DNA of 64,000 nucleotides from Candidatus Thorarchaeota archaeon SMTZ1-45 (GCA_001563335.1 LRSL01000081.1:22637-86636); one strand, 5' to 3'; numbered from the stretch's first letter, positions 1-9,312 are shown. Numbers and translations are program-made. The notes: generated by a model not told the origin, from the sequence alone.

Positions 1-439
1 TGACTTCATATGATGCTGAAGCAGGATACTCTGGAGTCACATACTGCTTGCTTGTTCCGTCTAGCCGAACTGCCGCAGTGGAGATGATGATATCCCCAAT
101 GTCAATTTCATTCTTCAATGTGGCACATGATCCTACGCGAAGAAAGGTTTCTGCTCCGACATTTGCTAACTCTTCTATGACTATGGCTGTTCCCGGTCCG
201 CCTATACCCGTCGAACATGCAGAGATGTCTGCACCTTTGTATTTTCCAGTGTGTGTGACAAACTGCCTGTGCATAGCTACTTCTCTTGATTCATCCCAGA
301 GCGAGCTGATTCTTTCAACTCTCTGAGGATCACCAGGAATAAGTACAGTTTTTGCCACATCACCTTCCTTTACCTCAAGATGATATTGTTCCCTATCTTT
401 CGTGATTGGTCGGGTGGCAGAGATCTTCTTGTCTGTCAT
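1..439 (-). CDS. udp: Uridine/nucleoside phosphorylase (PNP_UDP_1 family), 3' end truncated by window edge
   Basis: Not in the ORF track. My translation from ATG at 439 gives MTDKKISATRPITKDREQYHLEVKEGDVAKTVLIPGDPQRV...STGIGGPGTAIVIEELANVGAETFLRVGSC, with the GDPxR, STGIG and RVGSC motifs. Frame is open to the edge. Confidence 0.9.
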   Translation of the reverse strand, partial: MTDKKISATRPITKDREQYHLEVKEGDVAKTVLIPGDPQRVERISSLWDESREVAMHRQFVTHTGKYKGADISACSTGIGGPGTAIVIEELANVGAETFLRVGSCATLKNEIDIGDIIISTAAVRLDGTSKQYVTPEYPASASYEV

Positions 440-550
440 ATGAAACCACTGTCTATTGGCATGAACACAACGATTTGTTACTTTCGCATCACTCGCTAAG
501 CATATAGGGGGATAACATCTTCTATTGAAAACTGTCTGAGGTCAATTGAC

Positions 551-1438
551 ATGGTAAATCTTGATGATCTACAACATTTGAACTTGGGAAAGCGTACGCG
601 CCTTCATCGTATGATGTATGAATATGGTCCTGGCAATGGGACGCTATTGATACTCCCTATTGATCAAGGAATGGAGCATGGTCCTGTTGATTTCTTCACA
701 GATCATGACTGTCTGAATCCAGAGTATCAGTTTAGACTTGCTGTGGAAGGTGGATACTCTGGAATAGCACTGCATCTAGGTCTTGCTGAAAAATATGGTC
801 CCAAATTTGCAGGCAAAATCCCCATTGTGCTGAAGATTAATGGAAAGACTCGTATTCCTTCTTCAAATGAACCTGTATCGCCTATGACTGGATCAGTAGA
901 GGATGCAGTCCGAATTGGTGCAGACGCAGTTGGATACACACTCTATGTTGGAAGTCCAAAACAGCATACTGACTTCACACAATTTCGGAAAGTCAAGGAG
1001 GATGCAGAACGTTATGGAATTCCAATCATTGTCTGGGCGTATCCAAGAGGTGATGCTGTTGATTCGAAAGGTGGTCGTGACTCTCTGTATGCTATAGATT
1101 ATGCAGCAAGAGTTTCCGACGAACTTGGAGCTGATGTTGTCAAATTGAATGTACCAGTTACAAGTGCAAAGAGCAGGTCGATGCAACCACCACCCTATGA
1201 TACACTCAATCTCAGTACTGAGGACATGGTGGCAAAGGTTGTAAAGTCTGCAGGCAAAACATTGGTCATATTTTCTGGCGGTGGGATGGCCACCGATGAA
1301 GAGGTCATTGAACGCGCCAAGATTTGCATGGAGCAAGGGGCTACTGGATTGATTTTCGGCCGAAACCTCTGGCAAAGAAACTGGGATGATGCCCTCAAAA
1401 TGACAAAATTGCTCAAGGATATCATGTTAAAGGTCTGA
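551..1438 (+). CDS. fbaB: Class I fructose-bisphosphate aldolase (DhnA/FbaB archaeal-type)
   Basis: PIDQGMEHGP, GADAVGYTLYVGS, WAYPRG, ELGADVVK (Schiff-base Lys), SGG and GRNLWQ motifs. Confidence 0.9.
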   Translation: MVNLDDLQHLNLGKRTRLHRMMYEYGPGNGTLLILPIDQGMEHGPVDFFTDHDCLNPEYQFRLAVEGGYSGIALHLGLAEKYGPKFAGKIPIVLKINGKTRIPSSNEPVSPMTGSVEDAVRIGADAVGYTLYVGSPKQHTDFTQFRKVKEDAERYGIPIIVWAYPRGDAVDSKGGRDSLYAIDYAARVSDELGADVVKLNVPVTSAKSRSMQPPPYDTLNLSTEDMVAKVVKSAGKTLVIFSGGGMATDEEVIERAKICMEQGATGLIFGRNLWQRNWDDALKMTKLLKDIMLKV

Positions 1439-1519
1439 GAATCAAGTTTCGAAATTCCAATTACTGTATTAACCCGATGAGAACTATTATATGGGTAAAG
1501 AATAGCCGAAGGACATGAC

Positions 1520-1539
1520 GAGCCTCAATTTTGAGGCTC
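1520..1539. promoter_or_regulatory. Perfect 9-bp inverted repeat upstream of fbp (operator or 5'-UTR hairpin)
   Basis: GAGCCTCAA-TT-TTGAGGCTC, about 30 bp downstream of TATA-like TATTATAT (~1485-1492) and 28 bp before the ATG. Confidence 0.45.
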
Positions 1540-1567
1540 ATTAACAAAGATTTGGAGCGAGTTACCA

Positions 1568-2716
1568 ATGGTTGAAACCACCATTAGTGTGATTAAAGCA
1601 GATATTGGCTCACTGGCAGGGCATATCGTTGTACCTGATTTCCTTTTCGAAGCAGCGCGGAAATCATTGAAGGAAGGAGTGAATCAGAAAATCATCAATG
1701 ATTTCTATGTCACTAACGCTGGTGATGACCTTGAACTAATCATGACCCACAATAAAGGTGAAGGCGCTGAGGATGTTCACAAACTTGCATGGGATACGTT
1801 CATGAAGGGCACAGAACTTGCTCGTGAGAAGAAAATCTACGCCGCTGGTCAGGATATCCTTGCAGATACATTCAGTGGTAACGTGAAGGGTATGGGCCCA
1901 GGCTCCGCAGAGATGGTGATTGAAGAACGCAGGTCTGAACCGATTGCTATATTCATGGCGGACAAGACAGAACCTGGTGCATTCAATCTCCCACTTTACA
2001 AGATGTTCGCTGATCCCTTTAACACAGCAGGTCTCGTTATTGACCCTAACCTACATGATGGCTTTAGGTTCATCATTCAAGATATCATGAAGGACATTCC
2101 TTGCTTTATTGAAATGAAGACTCCTGAAGAGTCATACGATGTTTTAGCACTTCTTGGAAGTACAGGTCGCTATACAATAAAGAAAGTCTATCGCGCAGAT
2201 GGAATGATAACAGCATCAGTCAGCACCGACAAACTTCACGCTGTTGCTGGCAAATATGTTGGAAAAGATGATCCAGTAGCAATTATCAGGGCTCATTCAG
2301 GGCTTCCAGCTATGGGTGAGGTCCTTGAAGCATTTACTATGCCCCATCTAGTTTCTGGTTGGATGCGTGGTTCTCATGCAGGACCTCTTCTTCCCGTGGG
2401 ACTGAAGGACTCACGATGTACTCGATTTGATGGTCCTCCACGAGTTGTTGGACTTGGATTCCAAGTTTCAAATGGAGTGCTTATTGGTCCTGTTGACCTG
2501 TTCGATGACGTTGCTTTTGACATCACACGTCAAAGAGGCATGGAAATCGCTGACTATCTTCGACGTATCGGACCATTTCAACCCCATCGTCTTGCTGAGC
2601 ATGAGATGGAGTATACAACTTTGCCTAAAGTTCTCGCCAGCTGTGAGAATCGATTCGTTGAAGAAGAAATTGTACCAAAGACTAAAGCCAAGGATACATC
2701 TGAGTCTGCGGAGTAA
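1568..2716 (+). CDS. fbp: Bifunctional fructose-1,6-bisphosphate aldolase/phosphatase (class V FBPase)
   Basis: KADIGSLAGH, GDDLELIMTH, YAAGQD, FSGNVKGMGPG, YVGKDDP, GWMRGSH, RFDGPP and MEYTTLP motifs. Confidence 0.95.
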   Translation: MVETTISVIKADIGSLAGHIVVPDFLFEAARKSLKEGVNQKIINDFYVTNAGDDLELIMTHNKGEGAEDVHKLAWDTFMKGTELAREKKIYAAGQDILADTFSGNVKGMGPGSAEMVIEERRSEPIAIFMADKTEPGAFNLPLYKMFADPFNTAGLVIDPNLHDGFRFIIQDIMKDIPCFIEMKTPEESYDVLALLGSTGRYTIKKVYRADGMITASVSTDKLHAVAGKYVGKDDPVAIIRAHSGLPAMGEVLEAFTMPHLVSGWMRGSHAGPLLPVGLKDSRCTRFDGPPRVVGLGFQVSNGVLIGPVDLFDDVAFDITRQRGMEIADYLRRIGPFQPHRLAEHEMEYTTLPKVLASCENRFVEEEIVPKTKAKDTSESAE

Positions 2717-2773
2717 ATGAGAAGGGACCATCAGTCTCTTTACTCTTCATTTAAAATGCACATACTTGCCCAT

Positions 2774-3064
2774 CTATCCAGTTCTTTTAATGATATGATA
2801 ACCGAACTGAGTCTTTACAGGGTCTCTGGTCATTGCACCAACACTAAGGGCAAACGCAGCTCTTTCAAATTCAGGGACCATTTGACCCTTAGTGAACCAT
2901 CCAAGGTCTCCACCCCTCTTCTTAGAAGAACATGAGCTATACTGTTTTGCTATGTGTCCGAAGTCCTCACCCTCAGCAATTCTACTTATCATGGCGAGGG
3001 CTTGACTATGTTTATCTACCAGAATATGGCTCGCCCTGATCTTTCCAGCTTTTCCTTTCGCCAT
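2774..3064 (-). CDS. ppiC: Parvulin-type peptidyl-prolyl cis-trans isomerase
   Basis: IRASHILV, GGDLGWF, FERAAF and KTQFGYHII motifs; start placed at the MAKGK ATG (3064). Confidence 0.92.
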   Translation of the reverse strand: MAKGKAGKIRASHILVDKHSQALAMISRIAEGEDFGHIAKQYSSCSSKKRGGDLGWFTKGQMVPEFERAAFALSVGAMTRDPVKTQFGYHIIKRTG

Positions 3065-3187
3065 TGAAATCACCCAGATTGTGTGATAGCCACCAGTGAT
3101 GTAGTCTTAAACTTGTCCTAGGTTTCCCCTATCAGAGTTTTTATTTCGAACTATGCGTTAACCTCGACACTTGTAGGTTGATGCCAC

Positions 3188-4228
3188 ATGAAAGCAGCAG
3201 TATTCCACGAATATGGTTCCCCGGAGGTTCTCAAGTATGAAGACTTTCCAATTCCTGAAATTGGGTCAAATCAAGTGCTTGTGGAGGTGAAAGCTGTCGC
3301 TCTCAACCATTTGGATCTGCTTGTGCGTAAAGGGATTCCAGGGTTAAAATTAGAGCTGCCCCACATTCTTGGGAGTGATATTTCTGGAATAATCAAGGAA
3401 ACAGGTAGTGCTGTTGCAGAAGGTCTTTACGCGAGTCAAAAAGTGATTATTGATCCTAATCTTTCATGTGGGGTCTGTGAATTTTGCATTCGTGGAGAGG
3501 AATCACTCTGCGTTGATTATGGAATACTCGGCGAACATTCTCGTGGAGGATATGCTGACTTTATCTCAGTGGATGAGAAGAATATCATACCTATTCCAGA
3601 ATACAGTGAACTCGATTTTAGTCAAGCCGCTGCAGTTCCACTCACATTTATGACAGCTTGGCGCATGTTAGTTACTAAAGCCAGAGTAAGACCTGGTGAT
3701 GATGTTCTGATTCTTGGAATCGGTGGTGGAGTGGCTTTAGCTGCATTACAGATTGCAAAGACTGCAGGTGCTCGAGTTCTCGTTACAAGCTCGACTGATG
3801 AGAAGTTAGAGAAAGCAATCGAATTAGGGGCATCTGTTGGCATTAATTACAAAACGAATCCTGACTTCCACAAAGAGGTTTGGAATTTCACTAATCGGAG
3901 AGGTGTTGACATTGTTGTTGACTCGGTTGGTGAAGCAACTTGGGAGAAAAGTCTTCGAAGCCTATCCAAAGGAGGGAAGCTTGTGACTTGTGGTGCAACT
4001 ACTGGACCCAATGCAACAACAAATCTCAATTTGCTGTTCTGGAAGCAACTCGAAATCCTTGGGTCGACTATGGGAAGTCGTTCTGAACTTCGTGATGTCC
4101 TAAAACTTGTATGGAATGGACAGCTCAACCCCGTCGTTGATCGTATTCTTCCGTTGTCAAAAGCCCAGAAAGCTCATGAGATTCTTGAAAAGAGTGAGCA
4201 GTTTGGCAAACTTGTTCTAAAACCATAA
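3188..4228 (+). CDS. Zinc-binding medium-chain dehydrogenase/quinone oxidoreductase
   Basis: MKAAVF...G.PEVL, structural Zn site CGVCEFC-x7-C, GIGGGV nucleotide-binding loop, GKLVL C-terminus. NHLD and GSD replace the catalytic-Zn CHSD/GHE, as in the QOR-like subgroup. Confidence 0.88.
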   Translation: MKAAVFHEYGSPEVLKYEDFPIPEIGSNQVLVEVKAVALNHLDLLVRKGIPGLKLELPHILGSDISGIIKETGSAVAEGLYASQKVIIDPNLSCGVCEFCIRGEESLCVDYGILGEHSRGGYADFISVDEKNIIPIPEYSELDFSQAAAVPLTFMTAWRMLVTKARVRPGDDVLILGIGGGVALAALQIAKTAGARVLVTSSTDEKLEKAIELGASVGINYKTNPDFHKEVWNFTNRRGVDIVVDSVGEATWEKSLRSLSKGGKLVTCGATTGPNATTNLNLLFWKQLEILGSTMGSRSELRDVLKLVWNGQLNPVVDRILPLSKAQKAHEILEKSEQFGKLVLKP

Positions 4229-4309
4229 CCAACCTAGTAATACCCTGATACGCACTACAATCAGACACCCTTTCATTATGTACTTTGTATTGAAGTGTCT
4301 TGGTGTAGA

Positions 4310-4534
4310 ATGAGAGTCGTCACTATATGTCTCCCAGAATCTTATGTTGAAGGAGTAGATGAGCTGATAATCCAAAACAAATATCCCAATCGCTCAGAAG
4401 TCATCAGAATTGCTATACGAGATCTACTTGTTGACGAGCTCTGGGGGGACCGTAAGCCCTCTAGCAGCCTGCCGCTCGTTGCGCAACTTCAGAAACTTGC
4501 TCTCATGCAGGATCCACCTCAAAAACCAACATAA
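4310..4534 (+). CDS. Ribbon-helix-helix (CopG/Arc/MetJ) transcriptional regulator
   Basis: MRVVTICLPESYVEGVDELI...YPNRSEVIRIAIRDLL. Confidence 0.85.
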   Translation: MRVVTICLPESYVEGVDELIIQNKYPNRSEVIRIAIRDLLVDELWGDRKPSSSLPLVAQLQKLALMQDPPQKPT

Positions 4535-4562
4535 AGATAGATACAACTGAGCTATCTTTTTC
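4533..4562 (+). terminator. Hairpin plus T-run after the RHH gene
   Basis: AAAGATAG-N11-CTATCTTT followed by TTT. Confidence 0.4.
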
Positions 4563-4638
4563 TATAACTACACGCAACAAAAACGTGAGCAAGACGGGGA
4601 CAAGTATTGCTCTTTCTCGATTAGGAGCGAACTCGAAT

Positions 4639-5214
4639 ATGTCACGATTCTTCCGACGAAAAAAGAAAGACGATAAAGAAGTAGAACAAAAGCCTGATGA
4701 TATAGTCGCAGTTGAGGTTGAAGGACAACCTGAAACTGAACTTGAGGTCGAAGCTGTAGGAGAAGAACCAGCTGAAGCTGAGGTTTCAAAACCGATGCCA
4801 GAAGGTAGAGAGGATACAATACCCTACCATGATTCAATTCAGGACCGTTTGGTTTACATGTTAAAAGATCCTGTCATGGCTGATGGTCTAGAGGGAACAC
4901 ACGAGTTCATGCTTGAGTTCATGGCTATGGGTGAACGATTCTGGATTGCTAAAGCACCCCTTGGTGAGATAGAAACAAAGATTGGAAAAGCGGCTGATGA
5001 GGACGCTCATATTAGAATCTCCAATGACGCTGTAAGTGAATTGCTCAATGCATCTACATTCTCACAGTTCTCAAAGATTTACCTAAAATACTACAAGACA
5101 TCTGATGCTGGAAAGTTCATCAAGATAGAAGCTCGAAAGCCAATCATTGACTTAAACCGTAGAGGTTATGCTAGGGTTCCCGTGTTGAAGTTACTTATAG
5201 GTGCTGCGAGATAG
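4639..5214 (+). CDS. Hypothetical protein: basic N-terminus, acidic linker, possible SCP2-like C-terminal domain
   Basis: GGAG RBS before ATG 4639. C-terminal pattern F.LEF...GERFWI...G......G....DAHIRIS.DAV.ELL resembles SCP2 lipid-transfer domains (by eye). Confidence 0.6.
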   Translation: MSRFFRRKKKDDKEVEQKPDDIVAVEVEGQPETELEVEAVGEEPAEAEVSKPMPEGREDTIPYHDSIQDRLVYMLKDPVMADGLEGTHEFMLEFMAMGERFWIAKAPLGEIETKIGKAADEDAHIRISNDAVSELLNASTFSQFSKIYLKYYKTSDAGKFIKIEARKPIIDLNRRGYARVPVLKLLIGAAR

Positions 5215-5277
5215 AGCTGCTCCTTAGGAAATAGAACACTCTAGCAATAGTTTAAAATCCGGCGTAATGACCATCTG

Positions 5278-5982
5278 ATGTATTCAGGTGGTTGTATCTT
5301 GTCACGTATCAGAACTCCAGTGGTCATAATCAATTTCAAGACATATCCTCAAGCCACAGGTGAAAATGCTGTAGTGCTTGCTAAGACATGCGAAGCTGTA
5401 TCGAAAGAATTCAATGTACCTATCGTTGTTGCTCCGCAGATATCTGATCTGTATCGAGTTTCTCAGGTTGTTGATATTCCTGTATTCTCTCAACATATGG
5501 ACCCTGGAGAGCAAGGACGGTTCACCGGTCATGTTTTGGGAGAGGCTCTTGTGGAGGCTGGGTGTTCTGGAACTCTTCTGAATCACTCTGAGAATAGAAT
5601 GCAGCTCGCAGATGTTGAAATGGCTGTGACAAAAGCAAGAAAGCTGAACCTTTACACTGTTGTGTGTACAAACAATCCTAATGTGAGTGTTGCAGCTTCC
5701 ACCATGAAACCAGACTCTGTGGCTGTAGAGCCTCCTGAGCTAATTGGCACTGGAATTTCAGTTTCTCAAGCCCAACCTGAAGTAATCCGCGGAACTGTTG
5801 AGTTGATTCGTGATGTGAACAAGGATGTCGTAATACTTTGTGGGGCGGGCATAAGTAATGGGGATGATGTATCAGCAGCAATGAAGCTGGGGTCTCAAGG
5901 GGTTCTGTTAGCCTCAGCTGTGGCAAAGTCAGACAAACCTGGAGCTGTCCTCAGGAGTCTTACACATCCATTGAGAAAATAG
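5278..5982 (+). CDS. tpiA: Triosephosphate isomerase, archaeal type
   Basis: INFKTY, LLNHSE, AVEPPELIGTG, CGAGI and GVLLAS motifs; true start may be TTG at ~5299. Confidence 0.95.
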   Translation: MYSGGCILSRIRTPVVIINFKTYPQATGENAVVLAKTCEAVSKEFNVPIVVAPQISDLYRVSQVVDIPVFSQHMDPGEQGRFTGHVLGEALVEAGCSGTLLNHSENRMQLADVEMAVTKARKLNLYTVVCTNNPNVSVAASTMKPDSVAVEPPELIGTGISVSQAQPEVIRGTVELIRDVNKDVVILCGAGISNGDDVSAAMKLGSQGVLLASAVAKSDKPGAVLRSLTHPLRK

Positions 5983-6037
5983 TACATTCCGCATGATTTT
6001 TCACATGACATAGAGCGCATCGAACAGGCGAGTTAAA

Positions 6038-6931
6038 TTGAAAGTGACTTTGGAGTGTGCTCACTGTTTACTCGAAAGAGCAATCAATCAAGTGAAGCTA
6101 GCTACCGATGATCCCGCTCTTAGAATGAGAATAGTCGAAGCCATGACTCAATTCCTTAGCGAGAACTTCAATGGTGATGCTGTTCCAAGTCATATTGGTA
6201 CAGACAGAGATCTACTAGTCCAAAAGATGACTGGCAATGATCCATACAGAAACCTCAAACATCAGTCCAATGAGATGGCACTAAACATTCTTCCTGAACT
6301 TCAGAAACTTGTAGATGAGCATAATGACCCTAAAACACGATTTCGTATTGCCACTTTGATAACTGCTGCTGCTAATGCTATCGAGTTCGATGTTTCCGGT
6401 CGCGACTTCAGTCTGGATGAACTACGTTTGATTCTTGATAACGTTGAAACCGATCTTGTTATTGATCAAGTAGATGAATTTAGGCGTCTAGTTGCTAATG
6501 TGAATGAGGTTCTTTATCTGATGGACAACGCTGGTGAGATTGCTTTGGATATGATACTTCTCAGGGAAATCAAACGCATTGGTCCCAAAGTCATCGCAGT
6601 TGTTAAAGGTGGACCTGTCCTCAACGATGCCACTATGATTGATGCTGATGAAGTAGGTCTATCAGAATGCGCTGATGAGGTCCGCGATACCGGTGCAGCA
6701 GCTATTGGTGTTAATCTCGAACGAAACTCTGAAGATTTCAAAAAGATATTCTCTGCTGCTGAACTCATCATAGCAAAGGGTATGGGTAATTTTGAATCAC
6801 TGACCGAGTTCGAACCTTCTTGTCCAATAGTTCATATTTTGAGGACAAAATGCAATCCTGTGGCTGAACACGTTGGTGTGCCTAAAAACAAGAACGTTGT
6901 CTTGATACGAACTCCACCACAAGTAGACTAG
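6038..6931 (+). CDS. DUF89/ARMT1-like damage-control phosphatase
   Basis: ECAHC, DPY..LK..SN, DNAGEI..D, PVLNDAT, IAKGMGNFESL and KC.PVA motifs. Confidence 0.9.
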   Translation: MKVTLECAHCLLERAINQVKLATDDPALRMRIVEAMTQFLSENFNGDAVPSHIGTDRDLLVQKMTGNDPYRNLKHQSNEMALNILPELQKLVDEHNDPKTRFRIATLITAAANAIEFDVSGRDFSLDELRLILDNVETDLVIDQVDEFRRLVANVNEVLYLMDNAGEIALDMILLREIKRIGPKVIAVVKGGPVLNDATMIDADEVGLSECADEVRDTGAAAIGVNLERNSEDFKKIFSAAELIIAKGMGNFESLTEFEPSCPIVHILRTKCNPVAEHVGVPKNKNVVLIRTPPQVD

Positions 6932-6936
6932 CTGGT

Positions 6937-7767
6937 TTATGCCATATCGTCCTTGTAAGGCCTTAAAGCTCTTGCAACAGGTCCTGATTCTGTGAACTCA
7001 ACCCTCATCTCTGGAAAATCAAGACTGATAACATCTCTGAGTCGTTTCATACCCGGTTCTTCTGTTGCAAATGCACCAAGTTCTAGGGTGTTTATTCCCT
7101 CTTCACTAGCAAGTAATCTAATCTCGGGTGAGAGTTCTCCTGTGATTAGTGTATCTAGATCTTGATTCTTTGCGTTTAATATTTCAGGCATGTCCACACT
7201 GCTTCCTGCGATAACAAGCAAATCCCTAACCTCATCATCGAGGTCTCCTGAAAACAATACTGAGTCTAATCCTATCTTTCCCGCAATGTAATTTACAAAA
7301 CCTGATTGATTCTTAACTCCAGGAGGTTTGCAGACTCTTCCAATGGCTGTGGGTTCTCCAAAATCACTCTCAGTCATAAAATCTGAAGACTTTTTGAGTC
7401 CAAGAGTTTCCACAAGTGCGTCATTCAACCCGTCTCTCATGCAGAGCCACCCACTACCAACAACATAAGTTGAGATGTAGTTCTTTGTCAACAGTCTCAC
7501 TCTTACAAGGTCTAGTCCTGATAATCTGTCTATAGCAAAAGGAAACAATGGACGATATGTTATCAGAAGATTGACCTTGTCTTGTGTAGCCTTGGTAACT
7601 ACTCGTGCTGAAGGATATGTGGCTACTAGAATCCTATTGATTGTGGTATTCGCCTGTTCTTTTTCAGTCTGTGGCCCTATCTCAACTCGACTCTCAAGAC
7701 CACGAATCGAAAATTCCTTTGGAGATAACTTACTAAGGCGTTTAATAAGTTCAAGAAGGCTGGTCAT
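6937..7767 (-). CDS. Nif3/YbgI-like protein with degenerate metal site
   Basis: Nif3 layout (LLITYRPL, GLNDAL...LGL, IGRV, ITGE, TEEPGM), but the HH, HxxxD and GH ligands are replaced. Confidence 0.75.
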   Translation of the reverse strand: MTSLLELIKRLSKLSPKEFSIRGLESRVEIGPQTEKEQANTTINRILVATYPSARVVTKATQDKVNLLITYRPLFPFAIDRLSGLDLVRVRLLTKNYISTYVVGSGWLCMRDGLNDALVETLGLKKSSDFMTESDFGEPTAIGRVCKPPGVKNQSGFVNYIAGKIGLDSVLFSGDLDDEVRDLLVIAGSSVDMPEILNAKNQDLDTLITGELSPEIRLLASEEGINTLELGAFATEEPGMKRLRDVISLDFPEMRVEFTESGPVARALRPYKDDMA

Positions 7768-7856
7768 GACATCACCTCAAGCCACGGTGGATAGGGACTC
7801 CAAATTGTACTCCTAGTCTTATTCTTTTGCATGAGTTTGTAATTGAGGAATCTGAA

Positions 7857-8252
7857 CTACTCTAAGTCTTCTTCTTCGAAGTCTTCCTCATCAATATCCT
7901 CATCGTATGAGTACAAATCTTCGAGATCTTCACTGATCTCTTCTAATTCAGGCTCTTCCTCAATCTCTTCCAGCTCCAAGTCCTCATCAAGGACTTCAAG
8001 TTCTAGTTCATCTTCTAATATCTCAAGTTCTGGTTCTTTTTTCTTGGGTTTCTTAGCTGGTTTGACTTTCTTTTTCTTCTTCTCTGTAAGAGATACTTTT
8101 GCTGGAGCGACGGTATGTTTCCGCTTGAGTTTCCAAAGACTCGTTTTAGCTGCGCGGAGTTTTCGCATCCTCCTAAAATCAATCTGTTCTGGGTTCTGGG
8201 TCTTTCTGAGACGAGTCAATTCACGTTTAATGGCTTTCTCCTTGTTTACCAT
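7857..8252 (-). CDS. Hypothetical protein with basic N-terminus/Lys tract and very acidic C-terminal tail
   Basis: GGTGA RBS upstream; K/R-rich first ~70 aa followed by ~60 aa E/D-rich tail. Confidence 0.7.
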   Translation of the reverse strand: MVNKEKAIKRELTRLRKTQNPEQIDFRRMRKLRAAKTSLWKLKRKHTVAPAKVSLTEKKKKKVKPAKKPKKKEPELEILEDELELEVLDEDLELEEIEEEPELEEISEDLEDLYSYDEDIDEEDFEEEDLE

Positions 8253-8386
8253 TTCATATCACCGTCGCCTTTACAGCGTCACTTTGTGTTTGTTTTATAA
8301 CTGTGTCGGGCCTTCAATAAGACAAGCCTTTTCTCCTTCATTGTCCCTGCAAATGTAAGTGACAAAAACCTGTGAGTTGTTTTGCT

Positions 8387-8908
8387 ATGAGTAAGAAGAA
8401 ACAGCATGAGTTTGTTAGCATTCGTTTTAGAATTGATAAGGAATTACTGGAACGAATTGATCAGATTGCAGGTGAGCGAGGGCGTCAAAAATACATCCAT
8501 GATGCAATCTTGTGGAGACTGGATGAAGAGCTACCACCAATTGTTTATGATTTAATTAAAGATGTAGATGAATTGAAGAACCGAGTAAAGCATCTCGAAA
8601 GCATAGGCTCGACTAGTTTTCAGTTGGGTGAATTAAATGATATTGCTCGTAACGAGCTGTGTAATGATGAACTTGACCGAAAACTATTGGCATATTTCAT
8701 AAGAAATGAAGGTGCAACAACTCCAGAACTAGCCAAATACCTTCTCGGATCTGCGGACAAACGAAGAACCATTCTTGACAGGATAGATCGATTGAACGGT
8801 CGAGCCCAATCACTCTTCGGAACACCCATTCTGGACTACAAGAAAGGCTTTGTCAAGCACAAACGAGGTGCCTGGTGGATCACAGGTCTAGAGCATATAA
8901 TCATCTGA
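8387..8908 (+). CDS. Putative DNA-binding regulator (RHH + short coiled coil + winged HTH)
   Basis: VSIRFRIDKELLERIDQIAG...RQKYIHDAI (RHH-like); ELDRKLLAYF...GATTPELAKYL (wHTH-like). Confidence 0.65.
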   Translation: MSKKKQHEFVSIRFRIDKELLERIDQIAGERGRQKYIHDAILWRLDEELPPIVYDLIKDVDELKNRVKHLESIGSTSFQLGELNDIARNELCNDELDRKLLAYFIRNEGATTPELAKYLLGSADKRRTILDRIDRLNGRAQSLFGTPILDYKKGFVKHKRGAWWITGLEHIII

Positions 8909-8948
8909 TTTAGCAAATCTTTATAGAACGCTACTCTGACAAGGTTCT

Positions 8949-9026
8949 GGGGCCGTAGTCTAGCCTGGATAAGGCACCAGCCTCCGGAGTTGGTCATCCC
9001 CGGTTCAAATCCGGGCGGTCCCGCCA
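8949..9026 (+). tRNA. tRNA-Arg(CCG)
   Basis: Acceptor GGGGCCG/CGGTCCC, discriminator G, encoded CCA; anticodon arm CCAGC-CT CCG GA-GTTGG; T-loop TTCAAAT; no intron. Confidence 0.95.
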
Positions 9027-9105
9027 CTAAAGATGACTTTTCTTTGTCCTGTCGGAGTTTAAAAGACATCAATTTGCAGTGTATTGTGAAAGTGAGGTCT
9101 ACGAT

Positions 9106-9312
9106 ATGAGTTTCCTGCATGACCGGGATTCAACACATGATCGTGTTGTTAATAGATTTTCAAGATATCTCAACGGTCCTATGGGCAAAACAGTACTTGA
9201 GAACTTGGAGGAGGGCGAACATTTCATTCTACAGACTTCAGAGCATACCTTTCGTGTCACAAAAAAGAAAGGTCGTGCAGTTGTTGAGCTTCTTCAAATA
9301 CAGTGTACTTGA
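9106..9312 (+). CDS. Small hypothetical protein (68 aa) between the two tRNA-Arg genes
   Basis: GTGAGGT RBS before ATG 9106; globular alpha/beta-like composition. Confidence 0.65.
   Translation: MSFLHDRDSTHDRVVNRFSRYLNGPMGKTVLENLEEGEHFILQTSEHTFRVTKKKGRAVVELLQIQCT

Noticed and set aside
48-326. Plus-strand 92-aa ORF
   Set aside because: Antisense shadow of the uridine phosphorylase gene on the minus strand
7843-8358. Ser-rich 171-aa plus-strand ORF
   Set aside because: Mirror of the Glu/Asp codons of the 7857-8252 gene; not independent coding
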